In this document: piece by piece, positions 12,868-25,098 of the stretch
How positions within the stretch are numbered: position 1 is the first letter of the stretch
Layout: the number at the start of each line of letters is the position of its first letter
Source of the DNA: Sphaeroforma arctica JP610
Taxonomy: Eukaryota
Length of the DNA stretch: 42,232 nt
Direction of reading: 5' to 3'
NCBI RefSeq assembly: GCF_001186125.1
Contig: NW_014039762.1
Span: 1 to 42,232, forward strand
The notes under the pieces: generated by a model
Databases searched by the model: none
Told to the model about the DNA's origin: nothing
The model's input: the letters and a program-made list of their open reading frames with translations, nothing else
Made by a program: the position numbers and the translations under genes

Positions 12868-15800
12868 GAGAGCGTCTGTGTATATAAAAACAGCATCAAA
12901 CCGCATACTTTGTAGTACACATAGCCATTGAGGTCCTCTCTTTCCATGATAATATTTTTGAGTCGGTGAATAGCTACAGCTACGCAGGGCTCGTACGTAT
13001 CGTATTCGTCTGCCGCCAGCGCATGGACCAACGTGAGCGACGATGTGAGCACCCTGTTTAAGAAATACGCCAGTATTAGTTTGCTGTAAATACCATCATG
13101 TAATATGCATGTATGCCTGTAGTTAACTCGTTCCGAAACTATCATGTAATATGCATGTATGACTGTAGTTAACCCGTTCCGAAGCATATTTGTGGTTTGT
13201 GTTTAGGTGCCCGAACTGCAATACCTGACGATGGGCGTACCCTGTGACCAATCGTCGTTTGCCGTCAACACGCACGTATCAGCGAGCAATATGTGCGTGC
13301 AAACATATCTCAAAAAGAACCCCTCCCCATAAAACCCCGTGAGTTTATACCTGTATCGTTGGGTTTGGAACACATGTACGTACATGAATGACTATTGAGC
13401 GCATGTACCAGCGGTAGGGCCGATAAACCACCGCATGGAGGTGTGAATACATCGGTACTGAAGAGAAGCAATTAGCAAAGGCCAATTCCGCGTGCATTGA
13501 GTCTACAGGGACCCACAACACAACCTCTCCCACACGCGAAACTCACCCCAAGTCACGCTCGTTGAGCAGCGCAATGATCTGGCCACTCCACTGCTTCACA
13601 TCCAACACTTGTGGGTACTTGCGGTATAAACGCAGCAACGCTAGAGCCGCCTGAATGCATTAATGTGGCGAGGTGTTAAGGTGTGATATGGGTTGGCTTA
13701 GGTAGAGATGGATGGATATGTATTCATGCGTGAATATCCGGTAGCACACGATGAGTCTGCAACTGCAACGGCAACAGGTGATGTACAATATCTAACACCT
13801 ACAAATCTCGCGATATCATAGCAGCAAGGTAAGTACCTCCTGCGTTGAGCGCTATCAGATTGAGATGTGCAGACATCAATTGGTAGGGAATGCTAGAGCT
13901 ATGTATTTAACATGTGTGTGATGCTATGCACGTAACGATGAGCGTGGACGTGACTACAATCCAGTCAACAAACGCGCTATGCAATCATAGAAGCAAATGT
14001 ATATATGACTCCGCCTCTAAGTTCTTCCCAGAGGAAGCGTTCGGGTCCGCTAAGGTGAATAATGGGAAAGCCACGAGCAAATCAATCAATCTAGGACCAC
14101 TCTACAAAGACAACCTCGCCTGTGTATATACATATGATAGTGTTCGGGTCAACAACAAAAATACAGCGGATATACCGTAGACAAATGTCACATACTTACC
14201 TTCTTCTTCACAAATGCATTACTGTCGGAGGCAGTCAGCAGTCTGTAAACATCATCACCCAGCGATTCCGCCACTTCCGGTCCCCCAACGTTCGCAATGC
14301 AATTCAAGGCCAGGCACACATTGGTCTGGGTTTGTGACAATGGTACAAGACATCGGCATGAGCCATGAGAGAGCATCAGGAATGCAATGGAGTAGTCCAA
14401 GAGATTCAAATCAATGGAAGAGATGGTAATACAATGCCTTGTAATTGTTAAATGGCAGGCTTACTCACCTCGTTGTAGTCTATGAGATCCTTCTTCATCG
14501 ATTGCACCAGCAACCGGATCAACTCGTGTTCTTCATTCAGCACCACGGATACAAAGAGATAGCCCTGAACGAGCAATAATCAAAGCAAAAAATCGCAAAA
14601 GTTATTTTTTTGCACTGAACCGTTACGAGACTATACAGTATGCGGGTTCAAAAATCAAAGTCCCAGGCTGTGGCTGCTCGGACGTTGCAAAGATGACCAC
14701 ACACACCACATATATATATCGAGATGTCTGTTGTGGAGTCAGTCACACGCTGAAAACTCGAATACAGATGAGGGCAGCGTTTCTCGTTCAGGCTTGCTTA
14801 CGTTGTTCGCCCGAGCATCAAAATGTGAGCAATCTATTGCACTGATATCTGTCGATGCTGGTTGTCTATGAATCCGAAAAGTCGACCTAGAACTTGCAAT
14901 CTGCATTTTGCATGTAGGTGAGATATTCTCTACCCTACCAACACAAACCTGTAGCTATCACTTCCGCGAGTTTTGCGTGAACGTGACCAAATGCGGTGCA
15001 CGTTACACACATACGGATGATGTCACAGCTGTTCAACATCTACAACACGATTCAGTACAGTACACTCTTGCCAATATCAGCGCAACAGGATCTAAATTCT
15101 GTGCATTTTCGTATGTTATTCGGCCAGCTCCCAGATACAGCGCAAACTGCTGACGACACTAACCTCCCGTACTGCGTAGACAGACACGTGTATACATTGC
15201 TGCCAACCGGATTTTGAAAGTATGTTTGTGGCAATGGTGCCCTCTCCTTTGCATGTGGGCGAGTGGGTGATTATCGCGACTTGTACGTTGGGACGACAAA
15301 GTCGGACACTATACCACTATGCCAAGACATAGTGCGATTTGAACCCACCTACACATAGCGTGAAAGTGTTGCAAGAAGGTTTCAGAACAGTGCACACAAA
15401 GTATGGGTCATTCTTCACATACCACGTGCTTCTCCGAGTACTTCGACGAAGAGATCAGACTCACGGCTTCGATGTAGCCAAAGTCAACTGGATACCCCAG
15501 GAGGTAGATGTACACCAGTTTACTCACATATTTCTTCTTTTGGTACCCGTCCAATTGTTTATCGGTCTTCAGAATGCTTTTTCCCTCCCCTGATGGATAA
15601 GAGCGAATGTCGGCGTTGTTATCATTTCAAAAAAATGAAGATCTTCTAGTAATATAGCGTGTGTATGCTGCATGTATGCTGCATACATATTGAACAACGG
15701 CTCGAGATTAGATATCCCAATTTGTATAACGAACCGTAACGGTCACTCAACAACGAGGACACAGGCAATAAATATAAGTATGCATGTATTCACACGCTAT

Positions 15801-16579
15801 AATATGAACATATCTACACGNNNNNNNNNNNNNNNNNNNNNNNNNNNNNNNNNNNNNNNNNNNNNNNNNNNNNNNNNNNNNNNNNNNNNNNNNNNNNNNN
15901 NNNNNNNNNNNNNNNNNNNNNNNNNNNNNNNNNNNNNNNNNNNNNNNNNNNNNNNNNNNNNNNNNNNNNNNNNNNNNNNNNNNNNNNNNNNNNNNNNNNN
16001 NNNNNNNNNNNNNNNNNNNNNNNNNNNNNNNNNNNNNNNNNNNNNNNNNNNNNNNNNNNNNNNNNNNNNNNNNNNNNNNNNNNNNNNNNNNNNNNNNNNN
16101 NNNNNNNNNNNNNNNNNNNNNNNNNNNNNNNNNNNNNNNNNNNNNNNNNNNNNNNNNNNNNNNNNNNNNNNNNNNNNNNNNNNNNNNNNNNNNNNNNNNN
16201 NNNNNNNNNNNNNNNNNNNNNNNNNNNNNNNNNNNNNNNNNNNNNNNNNNNNNNNNNNNNNNNNNNNNNNNNNNNNNNNNNNNNNNNNNNNNNNNNNNNN
16301 NNNNNNNNNNNNNNNNNNNNNNNNNNNNNNNNNNNNNNNNNNNNNNNNNNNNNNNNNNNNNNNNNNNNNNNNNNNNNNNNNNNNNNNNNNNNNNNNNNNN
16401 NNNNNNNNNNNNNNNNNNNNNNNNNNNNNNNNNNNNNNNNNNNNNNNNNNNNNNNNNNNNNNNNNNNNNNNNNNNNNNNNNNNNNNNNNNNNNNNNNNNN
16501 NNNNNNNNNNNNNNNNNNNNNNNNNNNNNNNNNNNNNNNNNNNNNNNNNNNNNNNNNNNNNNNNNNNNNNNNNNNNNNN

Positions 16580-16649
<70 letters not shown>

Positions 16650-16679
16650 TGTGTGTATAATATATATGTGTGTGTGTTG

Positions 16680-16711
<32 letters not shown>

Positions 16712-17151
16712 CGTGTGTGTGCGTGTTAGTACGTATTTGTGTGCGCATGTGCGTATGTGTGTTTTTATGTGTGTAATTATGCCTGTATTTGAATGCATAT
16801 ACAGTTCCATATTCAATCCCATAGATTTTCGTACAAAGTACAATTGATAGTACGTAGTCTACGTACAAAAACATCTTCGAAGCATTTTTGGGTGTCGTCG
16901 GGGAGACTCTACACGTGCGAACAAACTAATGAATCACCCATCACCTCAAAATCTAGATGAAATCCTCACATGAGCACCAACTTACCTTTAAAGTTCTTCC
17001 TTATGTTGGCCAGTTCTTTATTGACACGAGCTTTCTCACCCTCCTTCGACTTGCATTCTCTGATGTCGTATATGAAATTTTTGAGTCCCTTCATCCCACC
17101 GGGTACACCCCCGGTGAGCTTGTTCTCCAATTTGGAAGTGAAATTCTCCAT
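2320..17151 (-). CDS. AP2A: AP-2 adaptor complex subunit alpha (alpha-adaptin), 21 exons, 951 aa
   Basis: Hand-spliced exons in transcript order: 16986-17151, 15423-15589, 14469-14564, 14200-14325, 13547-13650, 12909-13053, 12494-12625, 11084-11352, 10674-10759, 10113-10243, 9482-9556, 8887-8984, 8105-8234, 7471-7572, 6575-6685, 6103-6301, 4831-5087, 4229-4290, 3619-3735, 2806-3010, 2320-2397. All phases agree (2856 nt). Diagnostic alpha-adaptin motifs: [108 protein letters not shown], and ear platform [13 protein letters not shown]...VRLEPN. A small extra in-phase exon inside an N gap cannot be excluded. Confidence 0.96.
10234..10412. repeat. 43-bp tandem repeat (4 copies plus partial) spanning the AP2A intron 9/exon 10 acceptor
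   Basis: Unit atgatgtattctgtgaggtgccacaaatg(a/t)tatataatattat starts at ~10234, 10277, 10320 and 10363. Confidence 0.9.
12759..12867. repeat. (TA)n/(TACA)n compound microsatellite, intronic
   Basis: Read directly from the sequence. Confidence 0.95.
16580..16646. repeat. (CGT)n-(GT)n compound microsatellite at the edge of an assembly gap
   Basis: Read directly from the sequence. Confidence 0.95.
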
Positions 17152-17929
17152 GATGACTAGCCTAGTAGTTCACCGATCTATGACCGACTTAGTTGCTGAA
17201 GTAATAGCCACCGTACGTGCCTGTTATTTTAAATATTACGACCGACACCACGAAGTAAATTGTAAAGACCTCTGAGAGATTATGAGATAAATAGTATTAT
17301 TATTTTTATTCACATATACTGCAGTATTTCTTTATATTTATTTTATTCAACATGATTTTGGGTTTTAATTTTTAAAGTATCAAAAATTAGGAATGTGAAA
17401 TATGGTTTTAGTGACTACATTCCTGAAACCGGAGGGAGAAGTTGACAAAAAAAAAAATTTAAAAAACAAGTTTTTATTCTTAATTTTTTTTCCTATTTTT
17501 CCTTTTCTTTTTTGTGAGGCGTAGTTGCCCATTTCAGATCCAGGGCACGTTTGGCCCCAATATTGACATTCATAGGTGCAAACTGTCCTAGGAAGTAACA
17601 AGAGTTGACATCAAGTTCACAACAAGTTTTGGATGCGAAAAAATGGGTTTCCACATGTTATATTGTGAGATGACTTTGTACATCTGATATTGATGTCTTG
17701 GACTATGGCCAGATAGCAATGTGCAGTGCCTGTCAAGGGGTGCTTACTGTCACATGACTTCGGCCTTAATATGTTGAAAACATATTGAAAACCAATATTT
17801 ACATGGATTGGTTGTGTTGGATTGCACATGTAAATAGGTATAATATTATTTATTTCAAAAGAGATCAGTTACAACGTAAGTACATGTGGTATGGCTCTTA
17901 TAGCCGTTGTAGTGGTTTAGGAAAGATCT

Positions 17930-18940
17930 ATTGGAAGAAGTGGTCAGCAAATTCCCATTTGAAACTTGGGTCAAGTGAGTCGACGATGGAGGATGTGTGC
18001 TGGGTCAATTCCGGCCGGTGCTGACAAACAAACTGACACCATCGAGTGCACCATGTATTTGCTTGCTGACCTACTATGTAGCGCACCCACCTTTGTGGTA
18101 CGGATCGGGTCTGCACCGTATAGTGCCGTGGAATGGGTTAGTGCAAAGTATGAAATACCGAGTAGGACCAGGTTATCCGTCCTAATTCGGTCGAGGAGCG
18201 AGATTGGGGGTAAGCCAGTGCCTCATCAGACCACGGATGCACTTGATATGTTCTAGCTTGCCTGGATAGGAAGTATTATAAGCGGAATCAACAAGCGCGA
18301 TGACTTGGTTTGGACCGAAATTTGGAAGTAGTACTTCAACAGCGTGATTAGCCGGTGTATGGGGGACATCTGTTGATGTGTCAGAGACGGGTGAGGGTAC
18401 GGTGGATGTTCTACATGCTGGAGAAAGGATCCGAGGTGTTCGTGACAGAAGATCCAGATTTCTTGGAAGTCATGGCGCTCCTGTAATGAGCCTACCAGGA
18501 TGCGTCGAATCAGTTGTTGAATGTAGGTAAAGTGGATGGTGGTTAATTTGTGGCTACCGGGGCAGACAGGGCAGAGACAGCCGTCAGTGCGGTAGTCGAG
18601 CAAAGTAAACATGTATGTATTTGTTACAACCATAGCACACAGCCGGATTAGTGTAGGCTCAAAGCATCGGTGGAAGCTGTCGTGTCTGGCTTTGTCTCGA
18701 TTTGAGGTTGGCGGTTAATCCATGACCAGTTGGTAGTAGTATTTGTGCCGGGCCATTGCCGCAATCTCCTTGTTGAGTTCTTCCTAATATTGTCACAGCG
18801 TTGGCGGAGTGCTACAAGGTAGGGTGTATGCCCGCCCGTGATTATGTGTGCAGTTTTCAGGTGGGCATAGATACTGTACGGGAAGCGTAGTGATGGTTTG
18901 TCGTGGGCCCAAGCGGGTTGCGATGTAATAAGCCGGGCCT
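17930..18940 (-). pseudogene. Possible degraded 3' fragment of a non-LTR retroelement ORF or other decayed coding sequence
   Basis: GC-richer island with broken coding-like frames including CPVCPGSHKLTTIHF, reminiscent of the C-terminal CxxC..H zinc motif of LINE ORF2. No RT motif seen. Confidence 0.25.
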
Positions 18941-18957
18941 CTACATTAGACTCTATG

Positions 18958-19110
18958 TTATAAACGTACTCTTAAAGAGTACGTAAATTATAAACGTACT
19001 CTTAATAGTACGTGGAGCTTAAGTTTCTTAGATGTTCTCTTATTAGTACGAGGAACTTAAGTTTTCTAAATGTACTCTTAATAGCACGAAGAACTTAAGT
19101 TTCCTAAAAT
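18958..19110. repeat. Diverged tandem array (30-38 bp units) built around tactctta(a/t)(t/a)agtacg and cttaag palindromes
   Basis: Four units are visible. The first contains the perfect inverted repeat cgtactct-taa-agagtacg. Confidence 0.75.
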
Positions 19111-19851
19111 GGTTTTTAATGGTTTTATTAATTAATATCTTTTCTATTATACATATCAGATATTCGGACGAGGCCATTAAAAGGCCTGAGTAAAATACCA
19201 AACATAAAGAGCTGGTCTAGCTCTATTAATAGAACTTCATTTACTTTCCAACTTTATTTATATCTGAATACTTCGGTAGCGAGATGGCTCAACCGAATAT
19301 AGGTTTCTAAAGACTATTAACGTTACCTAGTTGATCCTCCGATCAGCCAACCAGATGTGCCAGTCTGATGAAGGCTAAGTCGGTAATTCTTGATAAGTGG
19401 CATGTTATTGGTTAAGACAATAACTAAGGACATCAAAAGTTTTTTATTTCTTTCATTTCTTTTTCTACAGATAGGATTTTATTCGCCCCAATGAAACATA
19501 CAATAGTTTCTAATAGAGCGACAACGAAACACTAAATAAAACCCCTTCGGCGGTGACAGTACTTAGAAAATTATATATCGGCAATGTCTCAGCCTCACAA
19601 TCCCTCAGAGTATTGCTGTTTTCACGAGGCATGCCTAACTTTACTAAATGTCTTATTTCGTTTATTTACTTTGATATTTTCACGATACTTAGAATTTACC
19701 TACGCGTTTATTTATTCTAAGGCGTTAATATCGCCTTGAGAGACCGAATCTTACAGCGACAGAGGGGTGAGTGGGTTTGTGCTGGCCATTGAGTTGAGTT
19801 GTTTTCCCAGGAAACCTCCAAGGTAGTCTGCGAATGGTCGCGTGGGGAGCA

Positions 19852-20779
19852 TGTAAAATTCGGTCTCCTCTAGGCTGACTATACGATACCAAGACGTTTA
19901 CGTTAATAAGACAATACGTGAAAACGTTAAAATACAAAATGTTAAAATAAGTTTAGCTTCAGCCCTTGGTAGTGAGCAAAAGATTAGGGGATTATAGACT
20001 GAGACTATTGTCTATATGTTCCGCTCTAATCACTCACTACTTCGGTCTAGATTTATTTATGTTTTAGTTACTAGGTATCATTTCATTTTCGTTACTCAGA
20101 CTAGGTATCATTTCATTGGACACATATTTTACATACCACGCCTCGAAACAATTATCTACTCAAAATACCAATAAATTATCTCTAAGTCCAACTTAAGAAA
20201 ATAAAAAATCAAATCAAAATACCAAGCTGGTGCAGTATATATCTGTACCTAAACCCCATCACTTGGTACCTAGCTCTCCATCCCATTTAAGGCTTTGACG
20301 GGCACATCTAGTTGGCTGGTTAGGAGGAATCAAAACCAGGTTGTCCTAAATTCTAACAACTCTGATCCTGTCCTTTTCTCAGTGGATTATCTTGCTCTGA
20401 GATTATTATCGAATTATACCATAGGTTTGTACCAACAACCATTTCATTTCTGAGGCCCTCTCTCATGGTACTCCCATTAATTAGAGATTCCCAAAGTGTC
20501 ATTTTCAGGTTTCAGATTTGTATCATTCCTATAATTTGTATCATTCTAAATTTCAGTGGTAAAAACCAACCTATATTTGGAAAGCCACCTAATTGTCCAC
20601 AGTAGAGTCTCATACTCTACTGAGTACTATCACACTTTCAGAATCTTGAGTATCTCAATTCTTGTTCATGTTCAAAACGTTAGACGTATTCCAGTATTAT
20701 AAGTATAACCGTTAATACGTTAGTACGTTTATAATATATGTTAATTGTGCAATACTATTAGGAACCCGCTATTTCTACA
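19852..20779 (-). repeat. 3' LTR (928 bp)
   Basis: TGTAAAAttcggtctcctctagg...ggaacccgctatttcTACA, a direct repeat of 27898-28815. I counted 8 mismatches in the first ~175 bp, plus small indels. Confidence 0.95.
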
Positions 20780-20797
20780 TAGCCCCACCCCCCTTCA
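20780..20797 (-). promoter_or_regulatory. Polypurine tract (plus-strand primer) of the LTR element
   Basis: Minus strand reads gaagggggggtggggcta immediately before the 3' LTR. Confidence 0.85.
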
Positions 20798-20960
20798 GCT
20801 TGAAAATTACAATGTTGGCTTATATGTGGTATTAGCACATAGACTCGAAAAGCTCACATGAATTGTACAAGCGAAAAGAAAAGAAACGGGTTTCGATCAT
20901 ATAACGGCCTCAATGCTTATGTTATATTCTCTTAGACAAAGTATACTTAGACGTTATATG

Positions 20961-22390
20961 TTACTCGGTCACTCTATTACGTTTGGGCTTTGGTCCTTGT
21001 GGTCCCCGATGGTGGATGGGACGTGCCTTAATGCCTTTTGGAGATACGTACATTCCATGCTGTTTAAAGCTGGGAATGTATGATGTCTGTTGATAGATCT
21101 CAACCACGTCGGGTTGCTTGTCCGATGGTAAGATTGCTTCTGCATCAGCCTTATTTTTGTGTAAGCGTTTGCGAAATTTCTTATTAAAGGCATTTAGTAT
21201 ATCCGGATCATCAAATGCTGATAGAGGAAGATTATACTGTGCTCCATCGGCGAACTCCGTAGTGTAATATGACATATCCTCATGTTTGTACTTCCCTAGA
21301 ATCTTTTTAAATTCGTAAGACATAAGGGGTGTATTAGCTTCACGTGTGCGACGAAGGATGATCACTGTCGTCGGGATTCGATGCGACCCGATATTTAAGG
21401 CACCAGAGCCGTCATCGTTGTTAACTTCATGCGTTCCGCTCTTCTTATCGGCCACTGAGATCACAAATGGTCCAATATATTTAGCCGTAAGCACAGTTGT
21501 ATCGGAGTTGCGAGCCATAATGTTGACTATATCGCCTACCTCAAACTCGACTATTTTCTTGGTATCTTTCCATCGCTTTTGTCTCTTCTTGAGAGCGATG
21601 TCCTTCATCTCCTTTAAGCAAGGATAGACCACATATCTGGTCCGACGCAACTTCTCTAATCATGGTAACACATGGTCATCTTGAGACTCCTTGTTGAAGG
21701 GGATCTGTAATTCACTATAACGGCCCCGGAAATAGTGAGCGGGTGTTGTACCAGTGACTGAATCAGGGAATTCGTTCATCTGTGTCTGTACCCAGTTGAT
21801 TGAGTAAGGCCACATGTCAGCATCATCAAGGAGTGCTGCTCTCGCATGAACTCCTTCATCTTTCTGTGTCGTACCTCGTTCGCACCTTGTGTCTGAGGCT
21901 TGTAAGGTACACCCATCTTATGGCATGATCCCGCAACGAGTAACAGTGTCGTCATGACATCTCCTGTAAACTTACTACCGTTGTCGGAACATACAATAGC
22001 TGGCCAGCCGAAATCTGCGAAGCACTTACATATGCACTCAGCCACAGTTTGTGTCGATTTGTCTTTCAGCGGATACAAAACATTATATCTTGATGCGACA
22101 TCAAACACGTGACAGACATACTTATCCTTCGTGTGTTCGGACGTGGGTAGCTCAACCAAATCAATGATAACCCGGCGCCACGGCTCGTCTTCTGATACGC
22201 TGCGTAAAGGTGCGTATCCGTAGCGCTTGATCCGGTTAACTTCGCCGTTGTTACATTCGTGATACACCTGAGATATATATTGCTTGAGGTTTGGGTGTAC
22301 GATTCCGTACCTCTTGCAATCTTTCTCAGTGCTAACCTTATCCATGTGCTTAAGAGCATGATTTTGTCTTAACCACTTCAGAATCGCCTC
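20961..22390 (-). pseudogene. DDE integrase with degenerate HHCC zinc finger, GPY/F motif and C-terminal chromodomain-like module
   Basis: HALKH...HECNNG (last Cys lost), PWRRVIIDLVELP, DVASRY, VCSDNGSKF, PYKPQTQGANE. After a frameshift near 21835: WPYSINWVQTQMN...TGTTPAHYFRGR, then a TGA at ~21660, KYIGPFVI, and YEFKKILGK...YYTTEFADG...AFDDPDILNAF (21177-21317). Confidence 0.9.
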
Positions 22391-22822
22391 ATGTGATTTA
22401 CTTGTTACATCGAAATCAGGAGGTGAGGATTCCACCGCGTCATCACCTGGACTCGAAGACTCGTCTTGCCCAATCTCGCCTAAAGCTTCTACATCGTGAA
22501 TCCGACTAATGTTTGATCTATCCAATAGTTGGGTCACATGATCATATACCTCGGGAAAGTCATTCATCAATTGCTTAAGCAATCGAGTTTCTGCTTGGTA
22601 TGCAGTTTCCCTGTCAGACCGTATTTTGTTGTAGAAGGCTTTCGCTAGTGATGCGCTCCTCTTTGATTCCTTGGAATTTGGCTGTATCTCAGTTACACAT
22701 ACTGCAGGTGCTTGTGTTGTCCCAGTCTCTGATTGAGACTTAGTATTCAAGAGTGGAATCTTGGATTCCTCAACTTTCTGTTTGAAAGTTTTGGATGGTG
22801 TCCACTTGGTTGTTCCAACTGG

Positions 22823-23224
22823 ACCTATTCGACATATAATAGTATGTCGCCAAGGCGTCTTTTGGATTGCACGGATACCCTGGTAGAGAAAAGTATCTAC
22901 CTTTCTATCCACATAGATCGGCTCACATTGTATCATTGAGATCAACTGCGGTAGCCATTTATCTGAGTGTCTTAAAGGACAACACAACGTGATGGTAGCA
23001 TCTTGAATATGTACATAATTCAGCAACTGTGGTATTAATAACCATGGAGGATTTGCCCAGGCATTTTCGAGAGACAAATCAAACTGGAATCCATCTCCTT
23101 TCGGATGTTCCAGTGTCCGGTACCTCGGCAGTAGTGCATTGTGATGAGCAGCAAACATATCTATGGTATGTGGTCCATATATGTTGTCAGCGATTTTAAA
23201 CCACTTAGGATTGACCATCCAATC
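22823..23224 (-). CDS. Phage Dam-like DNA N6-adenine methyltransferase domain within Pol
   Basis: Uninterrupted ~134-aa segment: DWMVNPKWF, GPHTIDMFAAHHNA (SAM-binding-type D-x-FA motif), DGFQFDL, WANPPW (catalytic NPPW at 23042-23053), and LCCP..SDKWLPQL. Same motif order as the methyltransferase domain of DIRS1 retroelements and phage Dam (PF05869-type). In frame with the RNase H C-terminus upstream and the integrase downstream. Confidence 0.88.
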
Positions 23225-23269
23225 CGTAGCTAGTACCTCCCTAACCATCTTATTAAAGTCTGGTACGAA

Positions 23270-24470
23270 GCGAGACAACATGTCGGGTAAGTGATTGTGA
23301 ATACCCGGTATGTGTGTTACGATCGTGTCATGCCACCGACTGACTAACTGTGAGTTAGGTTCGTGTCCTTTAGGTGTTGCAATGATTTCTGATCACATAG
23401 CACATTAAAGTGTGTGCCATATAGATCATCCTTAAAATGAGTGAGTGCAGTAACAATAGCCAAAAGCTCTTGTTGCACGGTTGGGTAATTGATCTGAGGC
23501 GAATTCATAGCTCTGCTAAAGAATTGTACATATCTCGGTTTCCCATCAATCATTTGATACAGAACGCCCCCGAGTGCCATGTCGGACGCGTCTGTTGCTA
23601 CCATGAATGGAATACTATCCTTTGGTGGCTGGACTACTGGTGCCTGCTGAACCACTGTTTTGGGCTGCTTAGATGCGTCATCACATTCTTTGGTCCACAG
23701 TGCGCCTAGTTTGCCTTGATGACATCTCAAATGTCCAAAGGGCTTTAAATAACTTGCCAAATGTGGTACTCCGTCAGACAAAAAGTTGCCGAATCCGCAC
23801 ATGCGGTTGACATCCTTACCCGTGGTAGGAGTTCTCCAGTCTAGCAAGTGGTCGACCTTCCCGGGATCGATCATGATTCCATCCCCGGATACTCGGTAAC
23901 CCAACAGCTGAATCTCGTTACCACCGAAGTGACATTTCTTACTGTTGACCTTAAAGTTGTGCTTGTTGAGTCTATCTAGAACCTCTCGCACAACCTTGTT
24001 GTGCTCCTCCTTGGTTTTGATGAATACCACAATGTCATCAATGTATACTTGTACATTGTCCATGTCTCTAAACAAGTCTTGCATAATTTGTTGAAAGAAC
24101 GCAGGTAACATGTGTAACCCAGATGGGGCACCTTTAAACGAATATTGCTGACCCTCCCAGGTAAAGGTGAAATACTTCCGATGTGGTCGGTAGATCTTCA
24201 TCTGGTGGTAGTCCTGCGTCAGGTCGATAGTGGAAAATATCTTAGCTCCCTCCATGCGCCTGAGCGGTTCGTTTATCCTTGGTAAGTGAAAATTGTGTGT
24301 CGGTATCAAAGCGTTAATTGGGCTCATATCCAAACACACTCGAACTTTCTCCAATGTCCCGTCAGAGTTGAATTGGTCGACGGCTAAAAGCGCTAGGTTG
24401 ACGGGAGTCAGCTAATAGTTGACTGCGATCACTTCGTCATCTAACCATGCTTTAACTTGCTCTCGTACGA
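23270..24470 (-). pseudogene. Reverse transcriptase and RNase H of Ty3/gypsy type
   Basis: RVCLDMSPIN, FSTIDLTQDYHQ, FTWEGQQYSFKGAPSGL, VYIDDIVV, KCHF...LLGY. RNase H: VATDASD, YPTVQQELLAIV, CDQKSL, and after a frameshift/deletion near 23340, RWHDTI..HIPGIHNHLPDMLSR. Confidence 0.95.
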
Positions 24471-24749
24471 CCTGCTCATGACGCCATGCAACATAGTTAC
24501 GTGTAAGACACTTAAGCTTCGAGAAATCTACTCTCGTCAGGTCTAGACTAACGTATCCGTTATTGAACTTGAACTTAGCCCAGTCCGTGATCCGAATCTT
24601 GTCATTCTCGAAAATCAAGTCCTTGATTTTCTCTGTAAAGTGAGGGATCATCCCCTTCACAGTCTTTGAAGGTTTATATACCGGCTTCAACAAATTGTCG
24701 TCCGACTGATCCTTCTGTGGTCCAATGTTAGTAGGTAAGCCTGTAATTG

Positions 24750-25060
24750 TTATTCCTAATGACAATAAATCACCCATACCTACTATGAGATCATAGTCTG
24801 GTGAAGTGTTACATATGACTGCCTTAGTAATTGTAGTACGTTGGTCTGTCAATGTAAACCTAAAATCGATGGCCATTTCTCTGCAAGTGATCTCCCTTTC
24901 ATCAGCTAATTTCAACATAGTTGGCTCTGACTTACGAGTAACGTCTGTGATTTTACAGAATCTAGAGAATATACATGAAATTTGCGAGCCCGGATCTAAC
25001 AACGCTTTTATTTCATGTCCGTTAACTCGTACGTCAAGGATTACACGCTCGTCTTGAGGT
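24750..25060 (-). pseudogene. Retropepsin-type aspartic protease
   Basis: VRVNGHEIKALLDPGSQISCI...YDLIVGMGDL (D-P-G in place of D-[ST]-G). Same frame as Gag and RT. Confidence 0.85.
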
Positions 25061-25098
25061 GCGTCCTATTGTCTTAGTGACAAGACCCGGTATGTTTG

